DNA from: Acidobacteriota bacterium
Lineage (GTDB): Bacteria > Acidobacteriota > Thermoanaerobaculia > Gp7-AA8
Length of the DNA: 64,000 nucleotides
Direction: 5' to 3'
Assembly (NCBI GenBank): GCA_019244185.1
Contig: JAFATB010000010.1
Coordinates: forward strand, 1 to 64,000
The translations under genes were made by a program, and so were the position numbers. Positions 42,739 to 51,999 of the stretch are shown one piece after another (the stretch's first letter is position 1; each line of letters starts with the position of its first letter). The notes below the pieces were generated by a model. The model was not told where the DNA came from. It made no database searches and saw only the letters and a list, made by a program, of their open reading frames with translations.

Positions 42739-45700
42739 CTACTTGCGCGAGTCCTCGAGCTGTTTGATGCGGGAGACGATGTCGCGGTAGTTGGAGTTCA
42801 TCCCGTAGACCTCGAGGAACGCCTTCTGCGCGTTGTCGGTGTCGCCGACTTCCTGGTACGCGGCGCCGAGGTCGTAGAGCAGGCCGATGTGCTCCTCCTC
42901 GGTGATCTCCGCCATCTCCAGACCCTTGCGATACCACTTGATCGCGAGCTGCGGCATGCCCTTCTCGAGGAAGCAGAGGCCGAGCATCGACGCGCACTCG
43001 ACGGCGCGTTTCGGATCCTTCGACGCCAGCTGGAACTCGCCGATGGCCTCGTCGATGAGGCCCATCTCCTTGTAGGCGATGCCGAGGTTGTAGTGCGTGT
43101 CGTAGTCCTCGGAATCGAGCTGCTGTTCGACGCCCTTCTTGAACTCCTTGAAGATCTCTTCGAGCGACTGCTCTTCCTCGGAGAGCGAGATCTGCTCGTC
43201 GTCTTCGGCGAGCTCCGACTCGAGCTCCGCGGCGAGATCGAAGAAGTTGTCCTCGTCGGCGAAGAGGTTCTCCTCCTGCACGAGCGCCGCGGAGAAATCG
43301 GGCGCGGGTGCCACGGCAGGCGCGGGCTCAGCGATCGCGGCCGGCGTGAACGCGTCCTCTTCCTCGTCGTCCGGAATCGCGGAGAGGAGCTCGCTCTCGA
43401 TCTCGTCGCGCGAGAGCGCGGCGGGACGCGACGTGCTTTCGGGCGCGGGCGCTGGCGGCGCGGCAACGGCGGTGGCCGCGGCGGCGCTGTCGATGCGTGC
43501 GCGGCGCGACTCGAGGTCCGGATGATTCGGGAACTGCGCGGAGAGCGTTTCGAGCTTGCGCCGCGCCTCGTCGAACAGCTCCTGCTCGATGTAGAAGTCG
43601 ATCTCGCCGATGTCTTCGATGGCCGGCTGATCGAGATCCTGCGTCAGCGACTCGACGCCGAAGAACGGCTCGTCCGCCGTGAGCGGCTCGCCGAGCGGAA
43701 TCTCCTCGTCGAAGCCGGGCAGCGGCTCGTCGGCCATCGCGACCGGCTCGGGCTCGGGCTCCGGTTCGGCGATCGGTTCCGGCGCTAGCTCCGGCTCCGG
43801 CGCGAATTCGGGCTCTGCCTCAAATGAGGGTTCCGGTTCGAATGCGGGTTCGGGCTCCGCGCCGGGACGCGAGAGCAGCGTCTCGAACTCGACGTCTGCC
43901 GGAACGTCCGCGGGAGCGTCGACAGGTGCGTCAAAGGAAAGCGGCGCGTCCGTGAACTCGATCGTCTCCTCGACGTCCGGCAGTTCCGTCGGCGCGTCGG
44001 CGACGGCGGGACCTTCGAGGTCGAGCTCGATTTCCGGCGGCGCATCGAGGTCGAACGTCAGCTCGTCGTTCGTCTGCGCGAAGTCGTCGAGCGAGAACTC
44101 CGAAGGTGCCGGTGCGGGCGGCGGCGCGGGTGCCGGCGCCGCGGGAGGCGCGGCGGGCAGCGGACGCTCCATCGTCGGCGTGCGCGGCGCGGGCGCGGCG
44201 GCGCGGCGCGGCTCGAACGTCTGGCCGCGCATGAGGAACTCGTTGCGCACGGCCTCGATCGTGTCGCGCGCGTTCGTCTCCTCGAGCAGGTTCACGTACG
44301 CCTGCGCGGCGGTGCGCGCGCCCTCGGCGTCGCCTTCCTCGAGCAGGATGCGGAACAGCCGCTCGTGCGCGGTCATGTTGCGCGGCGAGCGTTCGAGCAC
44401 CGCGCGCAGATGCTCGGCCGCTTTCTCGGCGAGGCCGTACTTCGCGAAGACTTCCGCCTCGGTGAGATGCTCGGTGATGAAGTCGAGATCTTCGTTGTCG
44501 GAGAGATCGGCCGCCGCGAGATCGACCGCGGACATCAGCCGCTGCGGCGGTGGCGGCGGCGCGACTTGCGCCAGTTCCGGCGACAGATCGAGCTCGAGCG
44601 GCGCGGAGGCGTCGAGGTCGAGCGAGATCGAGTCGTCGACTTCTTCCGCGATGTCGAACGACGGCGCGGGCTCGTCGATCTCCATCGGCGGCAGCGAGAC
44701 TTCCGGTGCGCGCGGCGAGCGCGGAATCGTTTCGTTGCCGCCCATCTGCGAGCGGACGAACTGGAGCTTCGTGCGGTGCTGCGCGTTCTGCGGCTCGCGC
44801 TGGATCAGCTTCTCGAGCACCTTCGACGCGTCGTCGTACCGCCCGCGCGCGATGTGCGCCTCGGCGAGGCTGTTCATCGACGCGAGGATGTTCGTCTCTT
44901 CGTTGAGCCGCACGTACAGCGCGACGAGGCGTTCGAGCGTGGCCGTGTTGCCGGAGTCGACGCGCAGGATGCGGTTCAGCATCTCGATCGCCGCGCCGCG
45001 TTCGCCGCGCGCGAGCGCCTTTTCCGCGAGCGGCGCGATCATCTCCAGCGCGCGGTCGGCGTCGTTCTGCTTGAGATACAGCTCGCCGAGGGCTTCGCGC
45101 ACCGCCGGATCGTTCGCGTCGGCGGAGAGCGCGCGTTCGAGCGTCGCGCGCGCGGCGCTGCTGTCGCCTTTGCCGAGCTGGATGCGGCCGAGGGTCGCGA
45201 GGAGGCGCGGGTGGTTGGCGTTCGCTTCGAGCGCGGCCTCGACGATCTGCCGCGCGTTGTCGTAATCCTTCGCCTCGAGCAGCGCCGTGACGAGCGAGTC
45301 GACGAGATCGGTGTTCTTCGCGTCGATCTTCAGCGCCTTGCGGAAGACCTGCACCGCCTCGTCGAGCATGCCGCGCTTGAGCAGCATCCGGCCGACGCGG
45401 TCGTACTCCTTGAGCGCCTCGGCGGTCTGATTGTTTTGCGAGTAGAGGTCGGCGAGCTTGACGTGAACGTTGATCGAGTTCGGGTCGAGCTCCGAGATCT
45501 TGCGGTAGATCGCCAGCGCGTTCGACGGGTCGCCGTGCTTGAGGTAGTAGTCGGCGAGAACCTGGTACTGGCTCTTCGCCTCCATCGCCAGTCCCTGCTT
45601 CGCGTACAGGTCGGCGAGTCGCGCGTAGATGTCGAGCTTCGAGGGATCGAGCTTGTTGATCTTCTTGTAGATCGCGATCGCTTTGAGGAAGAAGCCGTCC

Positions 45701-45912
45701 TTCGAGTAATGCTCCGCGATCTTCGAGAAGACCTTGACCGCCTCGTCGTTGCGGTTGATGCGCACCCAGAGATCGCCGATGCGATTCAGGGTATTGACGT
45801 CATTGGGATTGTCTTCGAGGAGGCGCTCGTACTCCTTGATCGCGGGCTCGATCTTTCCCTTCGCGACGAGCTTCTCCGCACTCGCGATGACTTTGTCGCG
45901 CTGGACCGCCAT
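42739..45912 (-). CDS. Large TPR protein with long acidic Pro-rich linker
   Basis: N-terminal TPRs, EAEVFAKYGL and EIDFYIEQEL modules, C-terminal THYNLGIAYKEMGL TPRs. Confidence 0.85.
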   Translation of the reverse strand: MAVQRDKVIASAEKLVAKGKIEPAIKEYERLLEDNPNDVNTLNRIGDLWVRINRNDEAVKVFSKIAEHYSKDGFFLKAIAIYKKINKLDPSKLDIYARLADLYAKQGLAMEAKSQYQVLADYYLKHGDPSNALAIYRKISELDPNSINVHVKLADLYSQNNQTAEALKEYDRVGRMLLKRGMLDEAVQVFRKALKIDAKNTDLVDSLVTALLEAKDYDNARQIVEAALEANANHPRLLATLGRIQLGKGDSSAARATLERALSADANDPAVREALGELYLKQNDADRALEMIAPLAEKALARGERGAAIEMLNRILRVDSGNTATLERLVALYVRLNEETNILASMNSLAEAHIARGRYDDASKVLEKLIQREPQNAQHRTKLQFVRSQMGGNETIPRSPRAPEVSLPPMEIDEPAPSFDIAEEVDDSISLDLDASAPLELDLSPELAQVAPPPPPQRLMSAVDLAAADLSDNEDLDFITEHLTEAEVFAKYGLAEKAAEHLRAVLERSPRNMTAHERLFRILLEEGDAEGARTAAQAYVNLLEETNARDTIEAVRNEFLMRGQTFEPRRAAAPAPRTPTMERPLPAAPPAAPAPAPPPAPAPSEFSLDDFAQTNDELTFDLDAPPEIELDLEGPAVADAPTELPDVEETIEFTDAPLSFDAPVDAPADVPADVEFETLLSRPGAEPEPAFEPEPSFEAEPEFAPEPELAPEPIAEPEPEPEPVAMADEPLPGFDEEIPLGEPLTADEPFFGVESLTQDLDQPAIEDIGEIDFYIEQELFDEARRKLETLSAQFPNHPDLESRRARIDSAAAATAVAAPPAPAPESTSRPAALSRDEIESELLSAIPDDEEEDAFTPAAIAEPAPAVAPAPDFSAALVQEENLFADEDNFFDLAAELESELAEDDEQISLSEEEQSLEEIFKEFKKGVEQQLDSEDYDTHYNLGIAYKEMGLIDEAIGEFQLASKDPKRAVECASMLGLCFLEKGMPQLAIKWYRKGLEMAEITEEEHIGLLYDLGAAYQEVGDTDNAQKAFLEVYGMNSNYRDIVSRIKQLEDSRK
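43745..43862 (-). repeat. Coding ~18-bp tandem repeat (EPEPAF/EPEPSF/EAEPEF/APEPEL)
   Basis: Degenerate hexapeptide repeat in the TPR protein linker. Confidence 0.65.
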
Positions 45913-46008
45913 CTTCCCTGGTTTCGGCTCCTAAACCCGATCCCACCCGTCCAAGGGGGTGGCCGCCCATGATACGACTCCATCAGGGAAACGCGATAGA
46001 GGAGGTCG

Positions 46009-47970
46009 TCAGCGCACGTCGGCGGTCGAGCCCTCCACCTTCGTCCACGGTTCGGCGCGTCCGCCCGCGTAGCGCGCGAGGAACTCTTCGACGCGTCCGT
46101 ACATGTCCATCTGGTTCTCCGGCCGCGCGAAGCCGTGGCCTTCGTCGGGATAGAGGACGTACGTCACCTCGTGCTTCGCGCCGCGCAGCGCTTGGACAAA
46201 GCGCTCGACGTGCTCGGCGCGCGCGCGGACGTCGTGGCCTCCCGCGGCGACGAACAGCGGCCGCTCGATCTCGCTCACGTGGTACAGCGGCGAGATGGCG
46301 CGGTTGAGCGCGTCGTCGTGCACGAAGTCGCCGATGCGCCGCAGCCAGCGGCTGCGCGCCGCGACCCAATACGGCGGGAACGCCTCGAACGCGGTCCTGA
46401 TGTCGGTCACCGGCACGATGCCGACGCCGCACGCGAAGAACTGCGGCTCGCGCGCCATGGCCGTGAGGATCGCGTTGGCGCCCATCGAGCCGCCGTACGC
46501 GACGAGCCGCTTCGGATCGGCGATGCCCTGCGCCACCGCCCAGCGCGTGCCGTCGAGCACGTCGTCGACCATCCCGCGGCCGAGCTGGCCGTTGCCGGCG
46601 TTGTACGACTCGATGCCGAACCCGGTCGAGCCGCGGAAGTTCACGCGCAGCACGGCGTACCCGCGATTGGCGAGGAACGCCGATTCGAGGTCGAGCGGGA
46701 AGTCGCGGATCCACGGGCCGCCGTGCACGAGCACGATGAACGGATACGGACCGCTCGACGTGCCGCCCGGAGTGGTCAAGTAGCTGACCAGTTCGCGCCC
46801 GTCGCGCGCGCGGATCAGCACCGGCTTCACCACCGGCAGCGTGTAGCCCTTCAGCGCCTCCCCTTCATCGAAGAGCATCGTCAGGCGCTTCGCGGCGCGG
46901 TGGTACGTGTAATAGACGTTCGGCGCGTTCGCGGTTTCGGCCGCGACGATCCACCGTCCGTCGTCGGCGCTGCGGCTGATGATGTTCGCCCAGCGCCCGG
47001 TCTTCTGTTCGATGGACGTGATGTCGTTTTTGAAGCGCGTGTCGAGGAAGCGCCACTCCGGGACCATGTAGACGAAGCGCACGCCCTGCAGCGCGCCGGT
47101 GCGGGGATCGACCGAGACGTTCGGCGTCGTGTCGCCGGCGTCGGCCTTCGGATGTTCGGCCATGACCTCGAGCGTCGCGCCGGTCTTTGCATCGATGCGC
47201 TCGATGCGCGCGGTGTCGGAGTGCAGCGCCGACGCGACGTAGAGGCTCTTGCCGTCCGGCGCGAAGCCGCCGATCACCGAGCCGTTCGCGATCTGGCCCA
47301 TGAACGTCGAGCGCTCGAACGGCATCACCACGAGGTCGCGCCACGGCGCGCTCGCGCTGTCGCGTACGCGCACGATCGTGCGGCCGTTCGCGTCGAATGC
47401 CGTCGCGCCGCGCACGACGAAGTTCGTGTCGATGGCCCACGAGTTCACGTCGCCGGGATTCGTCGCCTCGAGCGTGATCGCGCCGGTGCGGAGGTCGACG
47501 CGGTGCACGTCGAAGACGCGGCGGTCGCGCAGGTTGAGCTCGACGAGCAGATCGTTGGGATGGCGCGGGTCGACGAAGTAGTGCTGCGCGCGAATCCCTC
47601 GGAACGGCGTGAGGTCGCGCACGATGCCCGACTCGAGATCGGCCGAGAAGATGTGGGCGTTCTCGTCGCCGTCGTCGCCATCGAAGAGCAGGTGCGTGTT
47701 GTCGCCCGCCCATTGATAGTCGAAGATCGGCCGCGACTCGTGCGTGACGACCTTCGCCTCGCCGCCTTCGGCCGGCTGCACCCAGATGTTGCCGACGCCG
47801 TGCTCGTCCGGCGCGACGTACGCGAGGCGCTTGCCGTCGGGCGAAAGCTGCGGCCAGGCCTTCACCGGCGGCGCGAAGAGCGCCTTGCGCGGAATCAGCG
47901 GCGGCAGTTCGGCGCGGAGCGGGAGAACGGCGGCGACGAAGAGGAGCGAGAGCAGCACGCGGCGTCTCAT
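46009..47970 (-). CDS. S9 family (prolyl oligopeptidase/acylaminoacyl) peptidase, exported
   Basis: Signal peptide, beta-propeller, VHGGP, GGSMG nucleophile, D-VR, DEGHGF. Confidence 0.9.
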   Translation of the reverse strand: MRRRVLLSLLFVAAVLPLRAELPPLIPRKALFAPPVKAWPQLSPDGKRLAYVAPDEHGVGNIWVQPAEGGEAKVVTHESRPIFDYQWAGDNTHLLFDGDDGDENAHIFSADLESGIVRDLTPFRGIRAQHYFVDPRHPNDLLVELNLRDRRVFDVHRVDLRTGAITLEATNPGDVNSWAIDTNFVVRGATAFDANGRTIVRVRDSASAPWRDLVVMPFERSTFMGQIANGSVIGGFAPDGKSLYVASALHSDTARIERIDAKTGATLEVMAEHPKADAGDTTPNVSVDPRTGALQGVRFVYMVPEWRFLDTRFKNDITSIEQKTGRWANIISRSADDGRWIVAAETANAPNVYYTYHRAAKRLTMLFDEGEALKGYTLPVVKPVLIRARDGRELVSYLTTPGGTSSGPYPFIVLVHGGPWIRDFPLDLESAFLANRGYAVLRVNFRGSTGFGIESYNAGNGQLGRGMVDDVLDGTRWAVAQGIADPKRLVAYGGSMGANAILTAMAREPQFFACGVGIVPVTDIRTAFEAFPPYWVAARSRWLRRIGDFVHDDALNRAISPLYHVSEIERPLFVAAGGHDVRARAEHVERFVQALRGAKHEVTYVLYPDEGHGFARPENQMDMYGRVEEFLARYAGGRAEPWTKVEGSTADVR

Positions 47971-48040
47971 GACGGCAGAATAGCGGCGACGGAGATATAC
48001 CTCCAATTCATTAAACCTATACTGATCATTCACGGGATCA

Positions 48041-48952
48041 ATGAAGCTCGAAGCGATCGATCTGAACCTGCTGATGGTGTTCGAGGCCATGGTGGCCGAG
48101 GAGCACGTCACGCGCGCGGCGGCGCGGATCGGGCTCACGCAGCCGGCGATGAGCAGCGCATTGGCGCGGCTGCGGCGGATCGTCGGCGATCCGCTGTTCG
48201 AGCGCGTGAACGGTCGCATGCAGCCGACGCGTCGCGCGCGCGAGCTGGCGGGACCGATCGGCGATGCGCTGGCGCGGCTGCGCGTCGCGCTCGAAGCGCA
48301 GCCGTTCCGCCCCGAGGAGTCGGCGCGCGAGTTCCGCATCGTGGGGACGGACTACGTCGAGCTGGTGCTGCTGCCGCGATTGCTCGGGGAGCTCGCGCGC
48401 ATCGCGCCGCGCGTCACGGTGCGCTCGATCGCCGCGGACGCGCTCTTCGAACCGCCGACCGCGCTGCTGCGCTCCGGCGCCGCCGATCTGGCGATCGGTT
48501 TCTATGGTCCGGTGAGTCCGCGCGATCTCGTGATGCACAAACTGTTCGACGAGCGCTGGGTCTGCGTCGCGCGGAAGGCGCAGCGGATGCCGCGCGGCAG
48601 GCTCGATCTGCGGACGTTCCTCGCGACGCCGCACGTGCGCATGTTCTACGCGGCGACGTCGGAAGGCGCGGGGATGACGGACAAGGTGCTGCACGCGCGC
48701 GGCCTGCAGCGCCGCACCGGCGCGACGGTCGCGCACATGGCCGCCGTGCCGCGCGCGGTGGCGGCGACGGGATTTCTCAGCGTCATCGCCGAACGTTTCG
48801 CGCGCGCGGAAGCCGCGCGGCACCGGCTGGCGATCTACACGCCGCCGATCGTGTTGCCGAACACGCCGTGCATGCTGCTGTGGCACGAGCGCGCGCAGTT
48901 CGACGCGCCGCTGCTGTGGCTGCGCGACACGATCGTGCGGGTTTGCGGGTGA
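48041..48952 (+). CDS. LysR family regulator (NodD/SyrM-like)
   Basis: IDLNLL, VTRAAARIGLTQPAMSSAL, DPLF; divergent from the peptidase. Confidence 0.93.
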   Translation: MKLEAIDLNLLMVFEAMVAEEHVTRAAARIGLTQPAMSSALARLRRIVGDPLFERVNGRMQPTRRARELAGPIGDALARLRVALEAQPFRPEESAREFRIVGTDYVELVLLPRLLGELARIAPRVTVRSIAADALFEPPTALLRSGAADLAIGFYGPVSPRDLVMHKLFDERWVCVARKAQRMPRGRLDLRTFLATPHVRMFYAATSEGAGMTDKVLHARGLQRRTGATVAHMAAVPRAVAATGFLSVIAERFARAEAARHRLAIYTPPIVLPNTPCMLLWHERAQFDAPLLWLRDTIVRVCG

Positions 48953-48956
48953 CGCG

Positions 48957-49676
48957 TCAGAACAGCTTGCGCGGCTCGTCCACACCGACGAACGAATGCC
49001 GGTGGATCGGGCTCGGGCCGTACACGCGCAGCGCCGCCTGATGCTCTTCCGTCGCGTAGCCGCGGTGGTGGCCGAAGCCGTAGACGGGGTAGCACTCGTG
49101 GTACGCGTCCATCAGCGAGTCGCGGTAGACCTTCGCCACGATCGACGCGGCGGCGATGGAGATGCAGCGGCGGTCGCCGGCGATGAGCGGGATCTGCGGC
49201 ATCTCCAGCGTCTCGAGCGTGACGGCGTCGAGGAGGAGCACGTCGGGACGGATCGAGAGATCGTCGACGCACTGCAGCATCGCGTGCTTGCTGGCGCGGA
49301 GGATGTTGATGCGGTCGATGGTCGAGGCCTCGACGATGCCGATGGAGACGGCGCGCGCGCGGCGGAGGATCAGCCGGCAGACCGAGAGCCGGTCGTCGTG
49401 ATCGACGAGCTTCGAGTCGTTGACGCCGAAGAGCGTCGGATCGTCCTCGAGGATGACGCACGCGGCCACGACCGGACCGGCCAGGCAGCCGCGTCCGACT
49501 TCGTCGGTTCCGGCGATGCAGCGAAAACCAAAATCGCGGAGCCGGCGCTCGACCGCTGAGAGTTCAGCGACGCGCGCGAGCTCCGCGAACAGGGATTCGT
49601 GAAGTCGCTCGGCGGGCGGGCGCTTACGACTTCGCGCGCCGCTCTTCGATGCGCGCGGCTTTGCCGCGGAGGTCAC
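48957..49676 (-). CDS. rnhB: Ribonuclease HII
   Basis: [42 protein letters not shown]; start uncertain (nearest GTG lies inside rplS). Confidence 0.9.
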   Translation of the reverse strand: MTSAAKPRASKSGARSRKRPPAERLHESLFAELARVAELSAVERRLRDFGFRCIAGTDEVGRGCLAGPVVAACVILEDDPTLFGVNDSKLVDHDDRLSVCRLILRRARAVSIGIVEASTIDRINILRASKHAMLQCVDDLSIRPDVLLLDAVTLETLEMPQIPLIAGDRRCISIAAASIVAKVYRDSLMDAYHECYPVYGFGHHRGYATEEHQAALRVYGPSPIHRHSFVGVDEPRKLF

Positions 49677-49980
49677 GGAGGTAGTAGAGCTTCGCACGAC
49701 GGACCCGGCCATGGCGTTCCACCTCGATGCGATCGATCGTCGGCGAATACAGCGGGAACATGCGCTCGACTCCGATGCCGCCGGAGATCTTCCGCACCGT
49801 GAACATCTGGCGCGTGCCGCCGCCCTTGCGGGAGATGACGACACCCTGGAAGATCTGAATGCGCTCTTTGTCGCCTTCTTTGACTTTGACGTGGACCTTG
49901 ATCGTGTCGCCCGGGTCGAACGCCGGAATGTCCGTGCGCTTGATCTCCGCCGACTCGACGAGTTTCATGATCTCTGGCAT
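49624..49980 (-). CDS. rplS: 50S ribosomal protein L19
   Basis: [32 protein letters not shown]. Confidence 0.97.
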   Translation of the reverse strand: MPEIMKLVESAEIKRTDIPAFDPGDTIKVHVKVKEGDKERIQIFQGVVISRKGGGTRQMFTVRKISGGIGVERMFPLYSPTIDRIEVERHGRVRRAKLYYLRDLRGKAARIEERRAKS

Positions 49981-50055
49981 GACTAAAGACTCCAGTAAGT
50001 TTGAAAAAGCGCGCAAGTATACCGTTGCGCCGCGCGTTCTTCCAGTTGGCGGCGG

Positions 50056-50820
50056 CTAGAACTTGCCGAGGCGGCGGAGAATTTCCCGCGCCTCGTCATC
50101 GAGTTCCGCGGCGTCGACCAGATCGGGCCGCTTCTCGAGCGTGGCCCGCAACGCCTGCTCCCGCCGCCACTTGCGGATCTTCTCGTGATGGCCGGAGAGG
50201 AGGATGTCCGGAATGCGCATCCCGCGCACCTCTTCCGGCCGCGTGTAATGCGGATAGTCGAGGAGGCCGCGAAAGAACGAATCCTCTTCGACCGAGCCGG
50301 CGTTGCCGACGACGCCTTCGACGAGCCGCCCCATCGCATCGGCCATGAGCATCGCCGGCAGCTCGCCGCCGGAGACGACGAAGTCGCCGACGGAGATCTC
50401 GTCCGGCTGCAGCGCCTCGTGCACGCGATGATCGAAGCCTTCGTAGCGGCCGCAGAGGAAGACGACGTGCTCGCGGTCGCGCAGCTCGCGCGCGACGCTC
50501 TGATCGAAGCGGCGTCCCTGCGGTGAGGTCATGACGACATGTGGCGTCGTTTGACCGGCGTCGCCATGCGCCGCCGCAGGAGCAATCGCCTCGACGCAGC
50601 GCAGCACCGGCTCGGCGAGCATGACCATGCCCGGGCCGCCGCCGTACGCTTCGTCGTCCGTCGAGCGGTGGCGATCGGTCGTGTAGTCGCGCAGATCGTG
50701 GACGCGAATGTCGAGCAGGCCCTGCTTCATGCCGCGCGCGATGACGCCTTCGCCGAGGAGCGGATCGAACATCCGCGGGAAGATGGTGACGAAGTCAATC
50801 CGCAACGGCATCGAGGTCAT
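50056..50820 (-). CDS. trmD: tRNA (guanine-N1)-methyltransferase
   Basis: YGGGPGMV, SPQG, CGRYEG, GDFVVSGGE, YPHYTRP. Confidence 0.97.
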   Translation of the reverse strand: MTSMPLRIDFVTIFPRMFDPLLGEGVIARGMKQGLLDIRVHDLRDYTTDRHRSTDDEAYGGGPGMVMLAEPVLRCVEAIAPAAAHGDAGQTTPHVVMTSPQGRRFDQSVARELRDREHVVFLCGRYEGFDHRVHEALQPDEISVGDFVVSGGELPAMLMADAMGRLVEGVVGNAGSVEEDSFFRGLLDYPHYTRPEEVRGMRIPDILLSGHHEKIRKWRREQALRATLEKRPDLVDAAELDDEAREILRRLGKF

Positions 50821-51328
50821 CCAGCCCTTCCGGCAACTGCACGACCATCTTCTTCGCCGCGAGATCGATCTCGGTGCAGAGCTCGGCGGCGAAGGGCAGC
50901 TCGAAGGTCTTGCCGTCGGCGCGCTCGACGTTCAGCAGCAGTCCGCCGCCGCCTTCGTAGAGATCGACGACGACGCCGCGCGTCTTGCCCGCGGCGTCGA
51001 CGAGCGTGAGGCCGACGAGGTCGTGGAGAAAGTACTCGTCCGCGTCGAGCGTGCGCGCGTCCGCTTCCGGAATCTCGAGCGTCCAGTTGTGCAGGAGCTG
51101 CACGGCTTCCGGCGAGTCGATGCCGGCGAACTTGACGAGCGCGCGCTCGCCATGCGCGCGGACGCTCTCGATCGCGACCTCGCGCGTCTCGCGTTCATCG
51201 GGCGAGACGAGCGTGACGGAGACGAGCTCGTCGAAGCGGTCGGGCGCGTCGGTCCACGGCTCGATGCTCGCTTCGCCGCGCACGCCGTGCGCTTTGCGGA
51301 TCACGCCGATGGCGATGCGGTCGGACAT
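50795..51328 (-). CDS. rimM: 16S rRNA processing protein RimM
   Basis: GVIRKAHGVRGE, EYFLHDLVG; conserved operon position. Confidence 0.93.
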   Translation of the reverse strand: MSDRIAIGVIRKAHGVRGEASIEPWTDAPDRFDELVSVTLVSPDERETREVAIESVRAHGERALVKFAGIDSPEAVQLLHNWTLEIPEADARTLDADEYFLHDLVGLTLVDAAGKTRGVVVDLYEGGGGLLLNVERADGKTFELPFAAELCTEIDLAAKKMVVQLPEGLDDLDAVAD

Positions 51329-51341
51329 GGAGGCGGTCAAA

Positions 51342-51442
51342 AGCTGAATGAAGAATGCAGAACGCAGAATGAAGAATTCAGAAAGAGAACGGTGCGCCTT
51401 TTCTCAATTCTTCATTCTGCGTTCTGCGTTCTTCATTCAGCT
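51342..51442. repeat. 37-bp inverted repeat built from 7-mer (GAAYGMA) tandem units
   Basis: agctg(aatgaag aatgcag aacgcag aatgaag)aatt at 51342-78 pairs with 51406-42 with one mismatch. Confidence 0.9.
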
Positions 51443-51444
51443 CT

Positions 51445-51675
51445 TCAGTCCAGAATATCCAGGGTGTAGCGCCGCCGCGACTTCTGTCCGGCGGCGGCGA
51501 GCAGCGTGCGAATCGCGCGCGCGGTGCGGCCCTGGCGGCCGATCACTTTGCCGAGATCGTCGGGCGCGACCTCGAGCTCGAGGACGGTCTGCTGATCGCG
51601 CTCGCGCGTGCGCACGTGCACCTCGTCGGGATGATCGACGAGGGACTTGGCAACGAACTCGACCAGCTCGTCCAT
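51445..51675 (-). CDS. khpA: KH-domain RNA-binding protein KhpA
   Basis: DDLGKVIGRQGRTARAIRTLL; between rpsP and rimM. Confidence 0.92.
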   Translation of the reverse strand: MDELVEFVAKSLVDHPDEVHVRTRERDQQTVLELEVAPDDLGKVIGRQGRTARAIRTLLAAAGQKSRRRYTLDILD

Positions 51676-51691
51676 GATTGGGTTGGGCCGC

Positions 51692-51925
51692 TTACTTCAG
51701 CTTCTTGAGCAGCGACTTGACGGTCGGCGAGAGCTGCGCGCCCTTCGAGACCCAGTAGTCGACGCGCGCGCGGTCGATCTTCACGTCCGCGGGGTTCGTC
51801 TTCGGGTCGTAGTGGCCGATCTGCTCGAGCGTGGCGGCAGCCGGGGTCTTGAGCGAGTCGGACACCACCACGCGGTAGAACGGCGCGTGGGTGGCGCCGC
51901 CGCGGCGCAAACGAATCTTCAGCAT
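51692..51925 (-). CDS. rpsP: 30S ribosomal protein S16
   Basis: MLKIRLRR, PFYRVVV, GHYDP, W...GAQLSPTV. Confidence 0.96.
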   Translation of the reverse strand: MLKIRLRRGGATHAPFYRVVVSDSLKTPAAATLEQIGHYDPKTNPADVKIDRARVDYWVSKGAQLSPTVKSLLKKLK

Positions 51926-51999
51926 CTTTCAGTAACTCCTGGTAGTTGGTTGCTGCGGAGGGGCCGAACAGCAGGCCCGTGACAGGAATTCCGCGGCGG

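Noticed and set aside
49600-49676. rnhB lacking a start codon
   Set aside because: An in-frame GTG inside the rplS 3' end can serve; overlap is the simpler explanation
51926-51999. SRP RNA next to ffh
   Set aside because: No conserved SRP helix-8 GGAA/AGCAG motif; region too short
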